Shown here: piece by piece, positions 1 through 9,318 of the stretch
Layout of the letters: each line of letters starts with the position of its first letter
Position numbering within the stretch: the first letter of the stretch is position 1
Origin: a virus
Taxonomy: Duplodnaviria; Caudoviricetes
Strand: one strand, 5' to 3'
Virus record (IMG/VR): IMGVR_UViG_3300007562_000009
Coordinates: 1-37,499 of that record
DNA: 37,499 nucleotides
Notes under the pieces: model-generated
Databases searched by the model: none
What the model saw: the letters and a program-made list of their open reading frames with translations, nothing else
What the model was told of the DNA's origin: nothing
Position numbers and translations under genes: made by a program

Positions 1-478
1 ATCAGGTAACAGTGTTGGTGGAATTAACTCGGCTACTGAAACTTGGTGGCGTTCATACGAGGAAAACACTGTTGCTGCTTTGAGTCTTGCTCAGATGACG
101 ACTGCTTATAACAGCGTTTCTGTTGGTAACGATCATCCTGACATGATTCTTGGTACTCAGACTTTGTTCGAAAAGTATGAGTCGTTGTTGCAGCCTCAAT
201 TGCGCTACACCGACACCAAGACTGCTGATGCAGGCTTCCAAAACTTGTTGTTCAAGGCTGCTCCTGTGGCTTATGACGTTGACTGTCCTGCTGGAAACAT
301 GTACTTCTTGAACAGTAAGTACATCACTTTGGTTGGTCACTCAGACAAGTGGTTTGAAGTTACGCCGTTTATCCGTCCCGAAAACCTTGATGCTCGTTAC
401 TCGCTCATCATGTGTTACGGTAACCTTACGATTCGTAACCGTAAGCGTCAGGGTAAACTTACGGCTAAGACTGCCTGA
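1..478 (+). CDS. Major capsid protein, C-terminal part (continues from 37058..37499)
   Basis: Frame open from nt 2 (SGNSVGGINSATETWWRSY...MYFLNSKY...YGNLTIRNRKRQGKL); MCP-like C-terminus; followed by strong terminator. Confidence 0.9.
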   Translation, partial: SGNSVGGINSATETWWRSYEENTVAALSLAQMTTAYNSVSVGNDHPDMILGTQTLFEKYESLLQPQLRYTDTKTADAGFQNLLFKAAPVAYDVDCPAGNMYFLNSKYITLVGHSDKWFEVTPFIRPENLDARYSLIMCYGNLTIRNRKRQGKLTAKTA

Positions 479-503
479 GTTTTTCCGACAAGGAATGCAG
501 AGA

Positions 504-528
504 ACCCACCCTTCGGGGTGGGTTTTTT
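504..528 (+). terminator. Rho-independent terminator after MCP
   Basis: ACCCACCC-TTCG-GGGTGGGT stem-loop (cUUCGg) followed by T-tract. Confidence 0.93.
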
Positions 529-537
529 GTTATTTAA

Positions 538-560
538 GTAACGCTCAATTCATCTTATAG
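538..560 (+). promoter_or_regulatory. GTAAC late motif copy 1
   Basis: GTAACG-N12-TATAG directly after the terminator; same geometry as copy at 36215. Confidence 0.7.
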
Positions 561-583
561 GAATCTATTTTTAGGGAGTTATT

Positions 584-997
584 ATGCGCGATAAGCCAAG
601 TGGTGGAAAATCAAAAAATCCTGGGTCTCCAGTAGCAGCGTACGAGCGTGACAAGCGTTCTAAAACCTATGGTCCGACTGGTGGAGCGCAACCTCGTCCT
701 ACTCGTGGTTCGGGTCGCAAAGCAACTGATGTAGTACGTCCTACACGTGGTAAGGGCAACACTGGCGTTGCTCGTCCTACTCGTGGTGGTGGTTCAATGG
801 TTGGAGATCAAAAGGCTGCTGCTCGTGCTAGTGCAAAGTCTGAAGCACAATCCATTAAAGACACTAAGGCTTTGAAGGCTAAATTGCGTGGCGTTGATTA
901 TAACGCTCTTGGTCGTTTGATGCAGGCTAAGGGTTATGGTGCTGCAGGTCGTAAGGCTGCTAACACTGGTCGCAAGACTCTTCCTAAAACTAAGTAG
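584..997 (+). CDS. Highly basic hypothetical protein with three RPTRG repeats
   Basis: 137 aa, K/R/G-rich, SD AGGGAG upstream. Confidence 0.8.
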   Translation: MRDKPSGGKSKNPGSPVAAYERDKRSKTYGPTGGAQPRPTRGSGRKATDVVRPTRGKGNTGVARPTRGGGSMVGDQKAAARASAKSEAQSIKDTKALKAKLRGVDYNALGRLMQAKGYGAAGRKAANTGRKTLPKTK

Positions 998-1022
998 GTA
1001 ACGATTCAGCCTACTATTGATG
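998..1022 (+). promoter_or_regulatory. GTAAC late motif copy 2
   Basis: GTAACG-N11-TATTG-ATG; ATG 22 nt after motif start; no SD. Confidence 0.7.
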
Positions 1023-1250
1023 GCTGGAACACCTGTTTACTCATATTATGGAGTCTCTGCAAACGTAGGCTCACGACCCTTTGCCACAGCAGACGCATCA
1101 CCTGCGCCTGCTGGTGGCATGCCATACCTTGGACACACTCGTTGCATTGCTAATGAGGAAACATGTCAGGGTGCTCGTGCCAAAGGTACTGACTATTGCA
1201 TTGGTCATCTACGACAGAAGGCGAAGGAGATAGCCAGTGAACCTGACTGA
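1020..1250 (+). CDS. Small Cys/His zinc-binding protein
   Basis: C-x6-C-x10-C-x2-H (RCIANEETCQGARAKGTDYCIGH). Confidence 0.7.
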   Translation: MAGTPVYSYYGVSANVGSRPFATADASPAPAGGMPYLGHTRCIANEETCQGARAKGTDYCIGHLRQKAKEIASEPD

Positions 1251-1929
1251 GATTCGTTCTAAGATTCGTGAGATTGTTGATCTTGATCAACAAGATGTTT
1301 CTGACACTCTTCTTAATATGTATATTAAGGATGGCTTTGAACGTATTGTTTCGTTAGAGCGTCGTTGGCCTTCTTATCAGAAAACTTTCAACTTGAGCAC
1401 TGTTGCTGGGCAACGTGCTTATCCAATGAATACTATTGGTGATGGCAACCTTCGTGAAGTTATTTCTCTTGTTGATACTTCTGCGGTGGGTAATCGTTTG
1501 GAGTTTATTTCTTATGATGATGCTGAAGCGGTGTGGGTTGGTTCTTATGATCAAACTTCACGACCTTTGTATTACACTTTTTGGGAAGATCAAATCCATT
1601 TGTGGCCGAAACCTGATACGGTTTATCCTTTGGTTGTACGAGGGTACAGAAAATCGAACGACTGGTCCTCTTCAGACTCTACGGAAGTTGATGCTGACGC
1701 AAGATTGCATCAATCGTTGGTGTACTACGGTGTTGCGCAGATCTACCAATTACAAGAAGATGTCGAGTTGGCTACTTTCTATCGAAAAACATTCGATGAA
1801 GCGGTAAGGCTTGCTATTTCGGACATTATGCGTCCTTCGTCGCAACGTCCTTTTGCTGTGTCTGATGGTGCTCCTAGTAGGTCTCGTCGTTGGTGGTTGC
1901 AGTCACTTGGTAGGACTCTTGGTCAATGA
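1237..1929 (+). CDS. Head-tail adaptor (tail tubular protein A-like)
   Basis: 230 aa after MCP; MNLTEIRSKIRE N-terminus, IHLWPKPD motif; SD AAGGAG with GTG start. Confidence 0.75.
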   Translation: MNLTEIRSKIREIVDLDQQDVSDTLLNMYIKDGFERIVSLERRWPSYQKTFNLSTVAGQRAYPMNTIGDGNLREVISLVDTSAVGNRLEFISYDDAEAVWVGSYDQTSRPLYYTFWEDQIHLWPKPDTVYPLVVRGYRKSNDWSSSDSTEVDADARLHQSLVYYGVAQIYQLQEDVELATFYRKTFDEAVRLAISDIMRPSSQRPFAVSDGAPSRSRRWWLQSLGRTLGQ

Positions 1930-3539
1930 GTCGTTTGTCGTTGCTTCGTACAGATGATTTCACTGGTGGTTTGAATCTTCGTGCTGACCCGTTCCAGTTG
2001 GGTCGTACTGAGTCACCTGATTTGTTGAACGTGGATATTGATCCACGTGGTGGTCTAACTGTACGTGGTGGTATGACAAAGTTGAATACGTCTGCTATTG
2101 GTGGGATTAGTAATGGTGCGTTCACGCCTAAGGGCTTGTACGCTTGGGATAATAGTTCTCCTCGTGTTTTGTTGGCTGCTAATAATGTTGTTTATGGTGC
2201 ATCGACAACTGCGTTTTCTACTATTGGTGTGAATACGACTGCACCTTTTGGTGCGTCGTTTACTTCGTGGTCTGCGAGTACGGAAAGTTTTGTTTATATT
2301 GGTACTGGTGCTCTTACCCATAAGTGGGATGGTACTAATACTGCGAGTTCATTGATTGACGCTAGTACGGCGTATGCGGATGATTATGCTGCTCCTGTTA
2401 CTGGGTATGCACCTAAGTGTCGTCAGATTGCTTCGCATGTGGATCGTTTGTGGTGTGCGTATACGACTGAAGGTGGCGTTGATTATCCGAACCGTGTGCG
2501 TTTCTCGCATCCTATTAATCGTGAGTCGTGGGCGACTAACGATTATATTGACATTGTTGAGGGTGGTTCGGGGATCACTGCAATCATTCCTTTTAATGGC
2601 AATCTTCTTGTGTTTAAGAAGCGTGCAGTGTTTTCTATTTTGGGTTATTCGACTGACACGTTTCAAGTTATTAACTTGACGAATGAGGTTGGTGCTGTTA
2701 ATCCTTTGAGTGTTGTGGCTACTGAGGCTGCAGTGTATTTCTTTTCTTGGCCTGATGGACTATTTAAGTATGATGGTCAGCAGTTCAGTGATTTGTTTAC
2801 TTCTATTCGTCCTTTGGTTCAGACTGGGCAGATTAACAATATTGCTCAGGACGAAATTCGTGTTGCTGCAATAAATCAGAAGATTTGGGTTTCTCTTCCT
2901 TTGGGTTCTAATACTAAGGCTACTGCTTCTTATATTTATGATCCTTCCTTGAAGCAGGGCGGTGCTTGGAGTAAGTATCAGACTTCTGATGGTAAAGGTG
3001 TTGGTAGTGGGTGTGATTTTGTTACGTCAACTGGCACGACTTATAATTTGGCTTGCCATCCTTCTAACGCTTATGTGTTAAAAGTAGATCAATTGAGCGT
3101 GTATCAAGATGATGTTGGTACTGGTGCTGCTAACTTCACTTCGTATTATACGACTCCTTGGCAGGACGCTAATAATGTTTCTGCTCGTAAGATGTGGCGA
3201 CGACCTGACTTTGTTGTGAAGCAAACCTCTGTTGCCACTAATTTAACTTTGCGTGTTTATCACGATTGGGAAGAATCTGTCGTTGCTAAGACTTATATTC
3301 TTGCTTTGGATGCTTCGGGTTCTTCTCTTATTTGGAATGCTACTGCTACAGAACCTGATGCTAACGCTGGTTGGAATGAAGCCAACTGGGGTGCTAGTGC
3401 TAGTGGTTCTGCTTTTGCTGTCGGCAAGTCTTTAGGACTTGCTCGCAGCGTTCAGTTGCAAATTCAAGGTGAGGGTGGAAAACCTTGGGGTGTCAACTCT
3501 ATTACTTATAAATATAATCCTCGAAAGGTGCGTGCCTGA
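1926..3539 (+). CDS. Tail nozzle / head-closure beta-propeller protein (P22 gp10 / tubular B-like)
   Basis: 537 aa, N-terminal DFTGGLN, beta-rich, follows adaptor. Confidence 0.75.
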   Translation: MSRLSLLRTDDFTGGLNLRADPFQLGRTESPDLLNVDIDPRGGLTVRGGMTKLNTSAIGGISNGAFTPKGLYAWDNSSPRVLLAANNVVYGASTTAFSTIGVNTTAPFGASFTSWSASTESFVYIGTGALTHKWDGTNTASSLIDASTAYADDYAAPVTGYAPKCRQIASHVDRLWCAYTTEGGVDYPNRVRFSHPINRESWATNDYIDIVEGGSGITAIIPFNGNLLVFKKRAVFSILGYSTDTFQVINLTNEVGAVNPLSVVATEAAVYFFSWPDGLFKYDGQQFSDLFTSIRPLVQTGQINNIAQDEIRVAAINQKIWVSLPLGSNTKATASYIYDPSLKQGGAWSKYQTSDGKGVGSGCDFVTSTGTTYNLACHPSNAYVLKVDQLSVYQDDVGTGAANFTSYYTTPWQDANNVSARKMWRRPDFVVKQTSVATNLTLRVYHDWEESVVAKTYILALDASGSSLIWNATATEPDANAGWNEANWGASASGSAFAVGKSLGLARSVQLQIQGEGGKPWGVNSITYKYNPRKVRA

Positions 3540-4573
3540 TGGCTACTGCTGCTGTTACTTATACGTTCGCTAATGGTACTAATGCTGATGGTACTCAAGT
3601 TAACTCCAACTTTTCAAGTGTCGTTAACTTTCTGAATACTGAAACTATTCAACGTGACGCAAGTATTGCGTTCACGGCTATTCCTAGTTTGCCTGCTGTT
3701 GATCCTACGACTGATAATCAGGCTGTACGTAAAGCATATGTAGATAACTTTTTACCTGCTGGTGTGATCACTCAGTATGGTGCTTCTACTGCGCCGACAG
3801 GATGGGTGTTATGTCAGGGTCAGGCTCTTAGTCGTACTAATCCTTTGTATAGTCGTTTGTTCACTGCTATCAGTACGACTTATGGTGCTGGTGATGGTAC
3901 GACTACTTATAATGTTCCTAACTTGCAGGGTCGTATTCCTGTGGGTAGGGATTCCACTCAGACTGAGTTTGATGCTTTGGCTGAAACTGGTGGGTCTAAG
4001 ACCAGTACGTTGACTACGGCTAATATGCCTTCTCACCAACATGGTGTTGGAACTATTGCCCCTAACACGATTGCTGATCACGTTCATGGTTTTGGTACGT
4101 TGGCTATTGCTAATACCAATCTTGGTTCTCATACACACATTCAAGATGCGCATGCGCATACTGCTAGTAGTACGGCAGATGGAAACCATAGACATGGAAT
4201 TATTTCAGGTTTGGGTTCTTTCGCTATACGCAATAGTGGTTATATTGCTGGTGGATATATTGCTGGATACGATAGCAATGCCGATGGTCTTATTGATGGA
4301 ACTTCCTCAACCTTGGGAGGTATGGCTGTTGCTAATGGTGGTCCTTACACGGACTACAGTTCAACTCACACTCATCCTATTACTGTTGATGCTCAAACTC
4401 CCACGAACCAATCGACAGCACTGGGGTCTCACTTACACGCCATATCAGGATCTGTCGCTACTGGTGGTGGACACACGCACACTATGAGTGGTTCTACTGC
4501 TTTTGAAGGTAGTGGCACAGCGTTCAGTAATCTTGCTCCTTACATTGTGGTGAACTACATCATCAAACTATGA
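3539..4573 (+). CDS. Tail fibre with tail-collar domain and HxH needle
   Basis: Collar motif PAGVITQYGASTAPTGWVLCQGQ...YGAGDGTTTYNVPNLQGR; eight HxH motifs; ends PYIVVNYIIKL. Confidence 0.88.
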   Translation: MATAAVTYTFANGTNADGTQVNSNFSSVVNFLNTETIQRDASIAFTAIPSLPAVDPTTDNQAVRKAYVDNFLPAGVITQYGASTAPTGWVLCQGQALSRTNPLYSRLFTAISTTYGAGDGTTTYNVPNLQGRIPVGRDSTQTEFDALAETGGSKTSTLTTANMPSHQHGVGTIAPNTIADHVHGFGTLAIANTNLGSHTHIQDAHAHTASSTADGNHRHGIISGLGSFAIRNSGYIAGGYIAGYDSNADGLIDGTSSTLGGMAVANGGPYTDYSSTHTHPITVDAQTPTNQSTALGSHLHAISGSVATGGGHTHTMSGSTAFEGSGTAFSNLAPYIVVNYIIKL

Positions 4574-6336
4574 CAACTTGGACCGCACCCGATGTTGCGT
4601 CCCTGCGTGGTGACAACAGCAGACCTCTGCAAAAGATCTTTGGATCTTTAACAGAGTATCTTAAGCATTTTGAAACCACGATTATTGATGAAGTCATTTC
4701 TCAATCTTCTGAAACATTTGTGCGTAATGGTGAATCAACGACATTGACCATTGGTACTGTCGTGTATTTGGATGCTCAACAGGGTGATCGTGCAACTGTT
4801 AAACGTGCGTTTAATACGAGTGATGCTACGAGTGCTAAGACTCTTGGTGTCGTCGCTGAGAGTATTGCTCCTAATGCTGATGGTCTTGTGACTACGTTGG
4901 GTTATGTTTATAAATGTAATACTGGTGGTTATACTGCTGGGCAGACTTTGTATTTGGGTTCTACTGCTGGGACGTTTACTGCTACTAAACCTGTTGCGCC
5001 TAATCATATGGTTTATGTTGGTGTTGTTGTTCGTGCTAATGCTGGCAACGGCATTATTTATGTTCGTTGTCAGAATGGTTATGAGTTAGATGAGATTCAT
5101 GATGTTCTGATTACGTCGCCTACTACGGGCGACATTTTGATGCGTAATGGTTCTAGTTTGTGGATTAATACTCCACAAACTTCTATTACGAGTGTGGGTA
5201 CTTTGACTGCTGGAACTGTTCCTGCAACATTGTTGTCAGGCACAGTTGCTTCTGCACGTATTAGTGGATCTTATACGGGTATTACGGGTTTGGGTACTGT
5301 CACTGTTGGTGATATTTCTTCAACGCTTTTAAGTGGGACTATTGCTTCTGCAAGGTTGAGTGGTTCTTATACGGGTATTACTGGTGTAGGAACTTTGACT
5401 GCTGGTACGTGGAATGGTTCTCTTGTTGCAGGTCAGTATGGTGGCACTGGTGTTGCTAACACTGGTAAAACTATAACGATTGGTGGCAACTTTACTACAT
5501 CAGGTGCTTTTACTACTACGCTGACTGTCACTGCCAATACGAGTGTGACGTTGCCAACGTCGGGTACGTTGGCAACTACTGATGCTTCTAGTTTAACAAG
5601 TGGACTTCTTGCTTCTGCTCGTCTTAGTGGGTCGTATACGGGTATTACTTCTATAGGTACTTTGTCTACTTTGACTGTTGATGGCGCTTCTTCTGCTGCT
5701 TTCACTCTTGGTGACTGGGGGCCGAATGGCAACTATGGTGGCGTTATAGGCAACAAGGGTTATTTGCTTATTGGCAATAACTCTAGTGATGCCATCATGT
5801 ATTTACGTACCTCAAGTGCTGGCACTGTCAATATTGGTGCTAATGGTGCTAACACCCTTATTGTTGGCGATGGTAGTTCTACTGCTACTAACATTGCTGG
5901 TTTGTTAACTACAGGAAATATTTGGAATACATCTACCGCAACGACAACATTGACTGGTTTTCAGTATGTCGTCAGGTCAACAAGTATTTATCCTGCGTAT
6001 TATCATTTTACTTCTATGCGTGAAGGTAAACGCAATATTCAGACTTTCACTGATAGTGGTGTATTGATTGATCAGTTGAATCCTGTGACTTATCAAGCAA
6101 AGATAGATGAGACTGATGACGAGGTTACTTCTGCTTGGAAAGACGCTGACCTTGAGTATGGGTTTATTGCTGAAGAAGTTGCTGAGGTTGGTACAGGGTT
6201 TTTGGCTCAGTATGAGGATGATGGCGAAGGAAACTTGAAGCCTGCTGGCTGGAAGTTTCATGGTGTTGTATCTGTTCTTGTGGCAGAGGTTAAGGATTTG
6301 CGTAGTCGTTTGAAAGCATTGGAAGGTGCAAAATGA
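4570..6336 (+). CDS. Tail fibre/spike with C-terminal intramolecular chaperone (peptidase S74-like)
   Basis: T/G/S-rich repeats; C-terminal TSMREGKRNIQ...LNPVTY...YGFIAEEV...coiled coil. Confidence 0.85.
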   Translation: MTTWTAPDVASLRGDNSRPLQKIFGSLTEYLKHFETTIIDEVISQSSETFVRNGESTTLTIGTVVYLDAQQGDRATVKRAFNTSDATSAKTLGVVAESIAPNADGLVTTLGYVYKCNTGGYTAGQTLYLGSTAGTFTATKPVAPNHMVYVGVVVRANAGNGIIYVRCQNGYELDEIHDVLITSPTTGDILMRNGSSLWINTPQTSITSVGTLTAGTVPATLLSGTVASARISGSYTGITGLGTVTVGDISSTLLSGTIASARLSGSYTGITGVGTLTAGTWNGSLVAGQYGGTGVANTGKTITIGGNFTTSGAFTTTLTVTANTSVTLPTSGTLATTDASSLTSGLLASARLSGSYTGITSIGTLSTLTVDGASSAAFTLGDWGPNGNYGGVIGNKGYLLIGNNSSDAIMYLRTSSAGTVNIGANGANTLIVGDGSSTATNIAGLLTTGNIWNTSTATTTLTGFQYVVRSTSIYPAYYHFTSMREGKRNIQTFTDSGVLIDQLNPVTYQAKIDETDDEVTSAWKDADLEYGFIAEEVAEVGTGFLAQYEDDGEGNLKPAGWKFHGVVSVLVAEVKDLRSRLKALEGAK

Positions 6337-6476
6337 GTGAACAATCACAGGTAGATGCAGGCAAAGTTATTGAATCTTTGCTACGACAAGTAACTGAATA
6401 TGCTCAGAAGGTTGCCTTGTTGGAGGCTTTTGTGGCTTCTGTGGATAAGGGTGAGGGTAACGAAAAGGGTGATTAG
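6333..6476 (+). CDS. Small coiled-coil protein, 47 aa (MSEQSQVDAGKVIESLLRQVTEYAQKVALLEAFV...)
   Basis: Translated by hand; ATGA overlap with the fibre stop; possible fibre chaperone. Confidence 0.65.
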   Translation: MSEQSQVDAGKVIESLLRQVTEYAQKVALLEAFVASVDKGEGNEKGD

Positions 6477-6481
6477 TGATG
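6457..6481 (+). promoter_or_regulatory. GTAAC late motif copy 3
   Basis: GTAACG-N11-TAGTG-ATG; ATG at +22. Confidence 0.65.
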
Positions 6482-6910
6482 GCTTACACTGATATAGGTT
6501 TAAACTACGAACCTCAAAAGCGTAACGCTGCTATGCAGCGTGACGCTTCTTTAGCCATGAACGCATTTAGCCGCATGTTGTCGCAGCAACGTGGCGCTCG
6601 TGATGTTATGGCTACTGACAAGGCTGCTTCTAAAGGTCTTGAGGGTTTCGGGGCTGGGTATGGCAAGCGTGGTTTGCGTAATAGTGGCATTTTTAAAGGT
6701 GCTGCTTCTGATTATTCGCAGAACTGGATGAACCAACGTAACGACCAGTTGGACGCTTTGCGTCAGCAGTTAGCACAGTACGACTTGCAGGATGCCCAGT
6801 CGCAGGCTGGGTATACGAATACTTTGGCTGATATTGAGTTGGCGAAGCAGCGTGACATTTTGTCTACGGCTGCTTCTTTAGCGGGCTTACGCCCATTTTT
6901 AGGAGCGTGA
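6479..6910 (+). CDS. Putative internal virion (ejection) protein
   Basis: A/Q-rich helical; RGLRNSGI motif; first of four consecutive helical proteins after the tail genes. Confidence 0.6.
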   Translation: MAYTDIGLNYEPQKRNAAMQRDASLAMNAFSRMLSQQRGARDVMATDKAASKGLEGFGAGYGKRGLRNSGIFKGAASDYSQNWMNQRNDQLDALRQQLAQYDLQDAQSQAGYTNTLADIELAKQRDILSTAASLAGLRPFLGA

Positions 6911-6913
6911 GTT

Positions 6914-8071
6914 ATGGCTAGTGCTGATCAGATACAACGGCAAGCAGACCGTAAAAAGAATGTTGGTAAACGTCTTACTCCTATGCAGGATATGTATGAC
7001 ACTGGCGTTCCTGTTTGGAAACAGATGGGTAATCCCATTGTTGCTGCTGCAGCAGATCTTGGTAGTCAAGGTCAGTTGAATGCAAGTGGTTTAGGTAAAT
7101 GGTATGACGTGAGCACTGCTGTGCGTGGTGCTAATGCTGCTAATTCAAGCAATAAACCAAAACCACCTGTAAGTAGCAACACTGGAAAGACTCAAAATAC
7201 TAATGCTCCTTTACTTGCAGCGTTAACAAAGTATGCGACTGGTATGAATAATTCTGCTGTTAATCCTATGATCGATAGTGGGTATGGTCAGTTGTCTGCT
7301 GATGCTCAGGCTCGTGCTAAAGCACAGCAGGATATGATTGATCAGTTTTATGGTGGTGCTGAAGCACAACTTGGTAGTTTAAACACAGATGCGTTAGCAA
7401 TGTTGGAAAGAATGTATAACCAAACTGCTGGCGAAATTAACACTCAGTCTGATGCTGGTCGTGCAACTATTGACGAGACCACTCAAAGAGCCTTAGAGGC
7501 TCTTGGTGGTCAAGGTAATCCTTATGCTGGACTGCAGATGGTTAATGCTCCTGCTGTGAGCGATCCTATGGCTGCTTATAGTCAGGCTGCAGGTGCTCCT
7601 CAGGGTGGCATCCAAGCGTTGCAAGATATGTTGCAATCACAAAATGCGACGACAGGTGGGGGATTCAATAACCTTGCTCAGTTGTTGGGTGCTTCTCAGC
7701 AGGCTTCTCAGCAGTCTCGTATTGGCGATGTGAATGTGGCTCGTGCTGGCGCTCAGCAAGATTTGTCTGCTAATCAGCGTGCTGCAGCGTTGCAGGCGTT
7801 GCAGCAGTCTACGCAGGCTCGTCAGGCTCAGCAGGGTACGTATATGCAACAGTTGCTTGGTTTGGGTCAGGGTCGTTTGCAGGCTGGTTTGCAGAATCAG
7901 ACTGGCTTGGGTGATCTCTTGAATCAGTTGGGTGCTGGTCAGTTGCAGGCGAACTTGAGTCAACAGCAGAATACTCAGGGTCGTCAGGATACTTTGATGC
8001 AACAGTTGTTGGGTCTTGCTGGTCAGGGTATTGATGTGTCGCAGATTATGGCTCTTCTTGGAGGACAATAA
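6914..8071 (+). CDS. Putative internal virion / DNA-transfer protein
   Basis: 385 aa, Q/A/G-rich low complexity. Confidence 0.6.
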   Translation: MASADQIQRQADRKKNVGKRLTPMQDMYDTGVPVWKQMGNPIVAAAADLGSQGQLNASGLGKWYDVSTAVRGANAANSSNKPKPPVSSNTGKTQNTNAPLLAALTKYATGMNNSAVNPMIDSGYGQLSADAQARAKAQQDMIDQFYGGAEAQLGSLNTDALAMLERMYNQTAGEINTQSDAGRATIDETTQRALEALGGQGNPYAGLQMVNAPAVSDPMAAYSQAAGAPQGGIQALQDMLQSQNATTGGGFNNLAQLLGASQQASQQSRIGDVNVARAGAQQDLSANQRAAALQALQQSTQARQAQQGTYMQQLLGLGQGRLQAGLQNQTGLGDLLNQLGAGQLQANLSQQQNTQGRQDTLMQQLLGLAGQGIDVSQIMALLGGQ

Positions 8072-9297
8072 TGGCCCCGAAAATTAATGATCCTTTGGCT
8101 TTGATTCAATATTTGCAGAATGGTTCAGGTGGGAAGTCACCTTCACCTTCGTCGCAGTTGAACTATCAGCAGGATCTTTTGTCGACGCTATTTAATCCTC
8201 AGTTTGCTGCTGCTAATGACATGTATGATCCTTTGTCTTTAACTTCTACACCTTTTCAGTTTGCGACACCAGTTTTAACTGGTGCGCTAAATAGTGCTAC
8301 TCCTATTTGGCAAGAGGTTGCTCAAGCAATTATGAGTGGAACTATTGATCGTCAGAACGCTATTAGTGCTGTTGCTGAGGCTTTGGGTGTTGACGAGTAT
8401 TCGACTGGTGCTGGTCTTACTATTGCTGATGTTAAATCTCAGATTGACTCAATGTTTAAAGAGGCTGGAGATAAACAAAACGCAGAGTTTAAGTATCAAG
8501 AAGATCTACGCAATTCTGAACAAAGCAATGTTTATGGTAAGGCTGGCTTGCCTCAACCTACTGAACAGTACACGCTTGATACGATGCCTATAAGTTCTGA
8601 TTTGCAAAATATGTTTGCTCGTTTGCAATCTCAAAATACTGCTTTAAGTTCTAAGGCTTCCGAGGCAAAGGGTGCTACTAAATTGGCTAAGGCTCGTATG
8701 CTTGCTTACGCCAAAGATAATCCTACGACAGTTGACGAGTCAGCCCCTGTTGTTAACCCGATTCCTAATTCTGAATCTGACGTTAAAGCCTTGGCTAAAA
8801 AGTTAAATATTTCTGAGCAGTGGCTTCTTGATCGTTGGCGTGAAGATGATGATACATGGATTCCAGTTTATGAAGGCAACGACATTGTTAGTTATCGTCA
8901 TCCAACTGCGATAGAGAAACGTGATAGTTGGCTTCCTAAAATGCAAAGCATTTTGGAAACCACTGGCAACCCTCTCATGGATAAGCCTGACCAAATTAAT
9001 CGTGATCGCGCACAAGCAGTTCTTGGCTATAAGTCTGCTGGTGGCTTGATTACTGGGCTGCCTGTTTCTGCTGCTGATAAGCGTGAAACACAGTTAATGA
9101 CTAATCGCGCTGCAAGCAATTCTGCTAATACTTTGAATGCCGAAAAAGAATATAGGCAAATGAAGGACATGTTGGCTCGTGCCTCTGCAACTGCGGGGAA
9201 TAAGCAGATTGGTGAGTTGTTGGCTCTTAAACTTGCTGATAGAACACCTCTTTCTGATGCTTTAAATCAACGTGCTATGGGGCTTACAGGAAGGTAA
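8071..9297 (+). CDS. Putative internal virion protein
   Basis: 408 aa, SD GGAGG, position in ejection cluster. Confidence 0.55.
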   Translation: MAPKINDPLALIQYLQNGSGGKSPSPSSQLNYQQDLLSTLFNPQFAAANDMYDPLSLTSTPFQFATPVLTGALNSATPIWQEVAQAIMSGTIDRQNAISAVAEALGVDEYSTGAGLTIADVKSQIDSMFKEAGDKQNAEFKYQEDLRNSEQSNVYGKAGLPQPTEQYTLDTMPISSDLQNMFARLQSQNTALSSKASEAKGATKLAKARMLAYAKDNPTTVDESAPVVNPIPNSESDVKALAKKLNISEQWLLDRWREDDDTWIPVYEGNDIVSYRHPTAIEKRDSWLPKMQSILETTGNPLMDKPDQINRDRAQAVLGYKSAGGLITGLPVSAADKRETQLMTNRAASNSANTLNAEKEYRQMKDMLARASATAGNKQIGELLALKLADRTPLSDALNQRAMGLTGR

Positions 9298-9318
9298 CAA
9301 CCTTACCTATTAGTGATG
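9294..9318 (+). promoter_or_regulatory. GTAAC late motif copy 4
   Basis: GTAACA-N11-TAGTG-ATG; ATG at +22; no SD. Confidence 0.65.
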
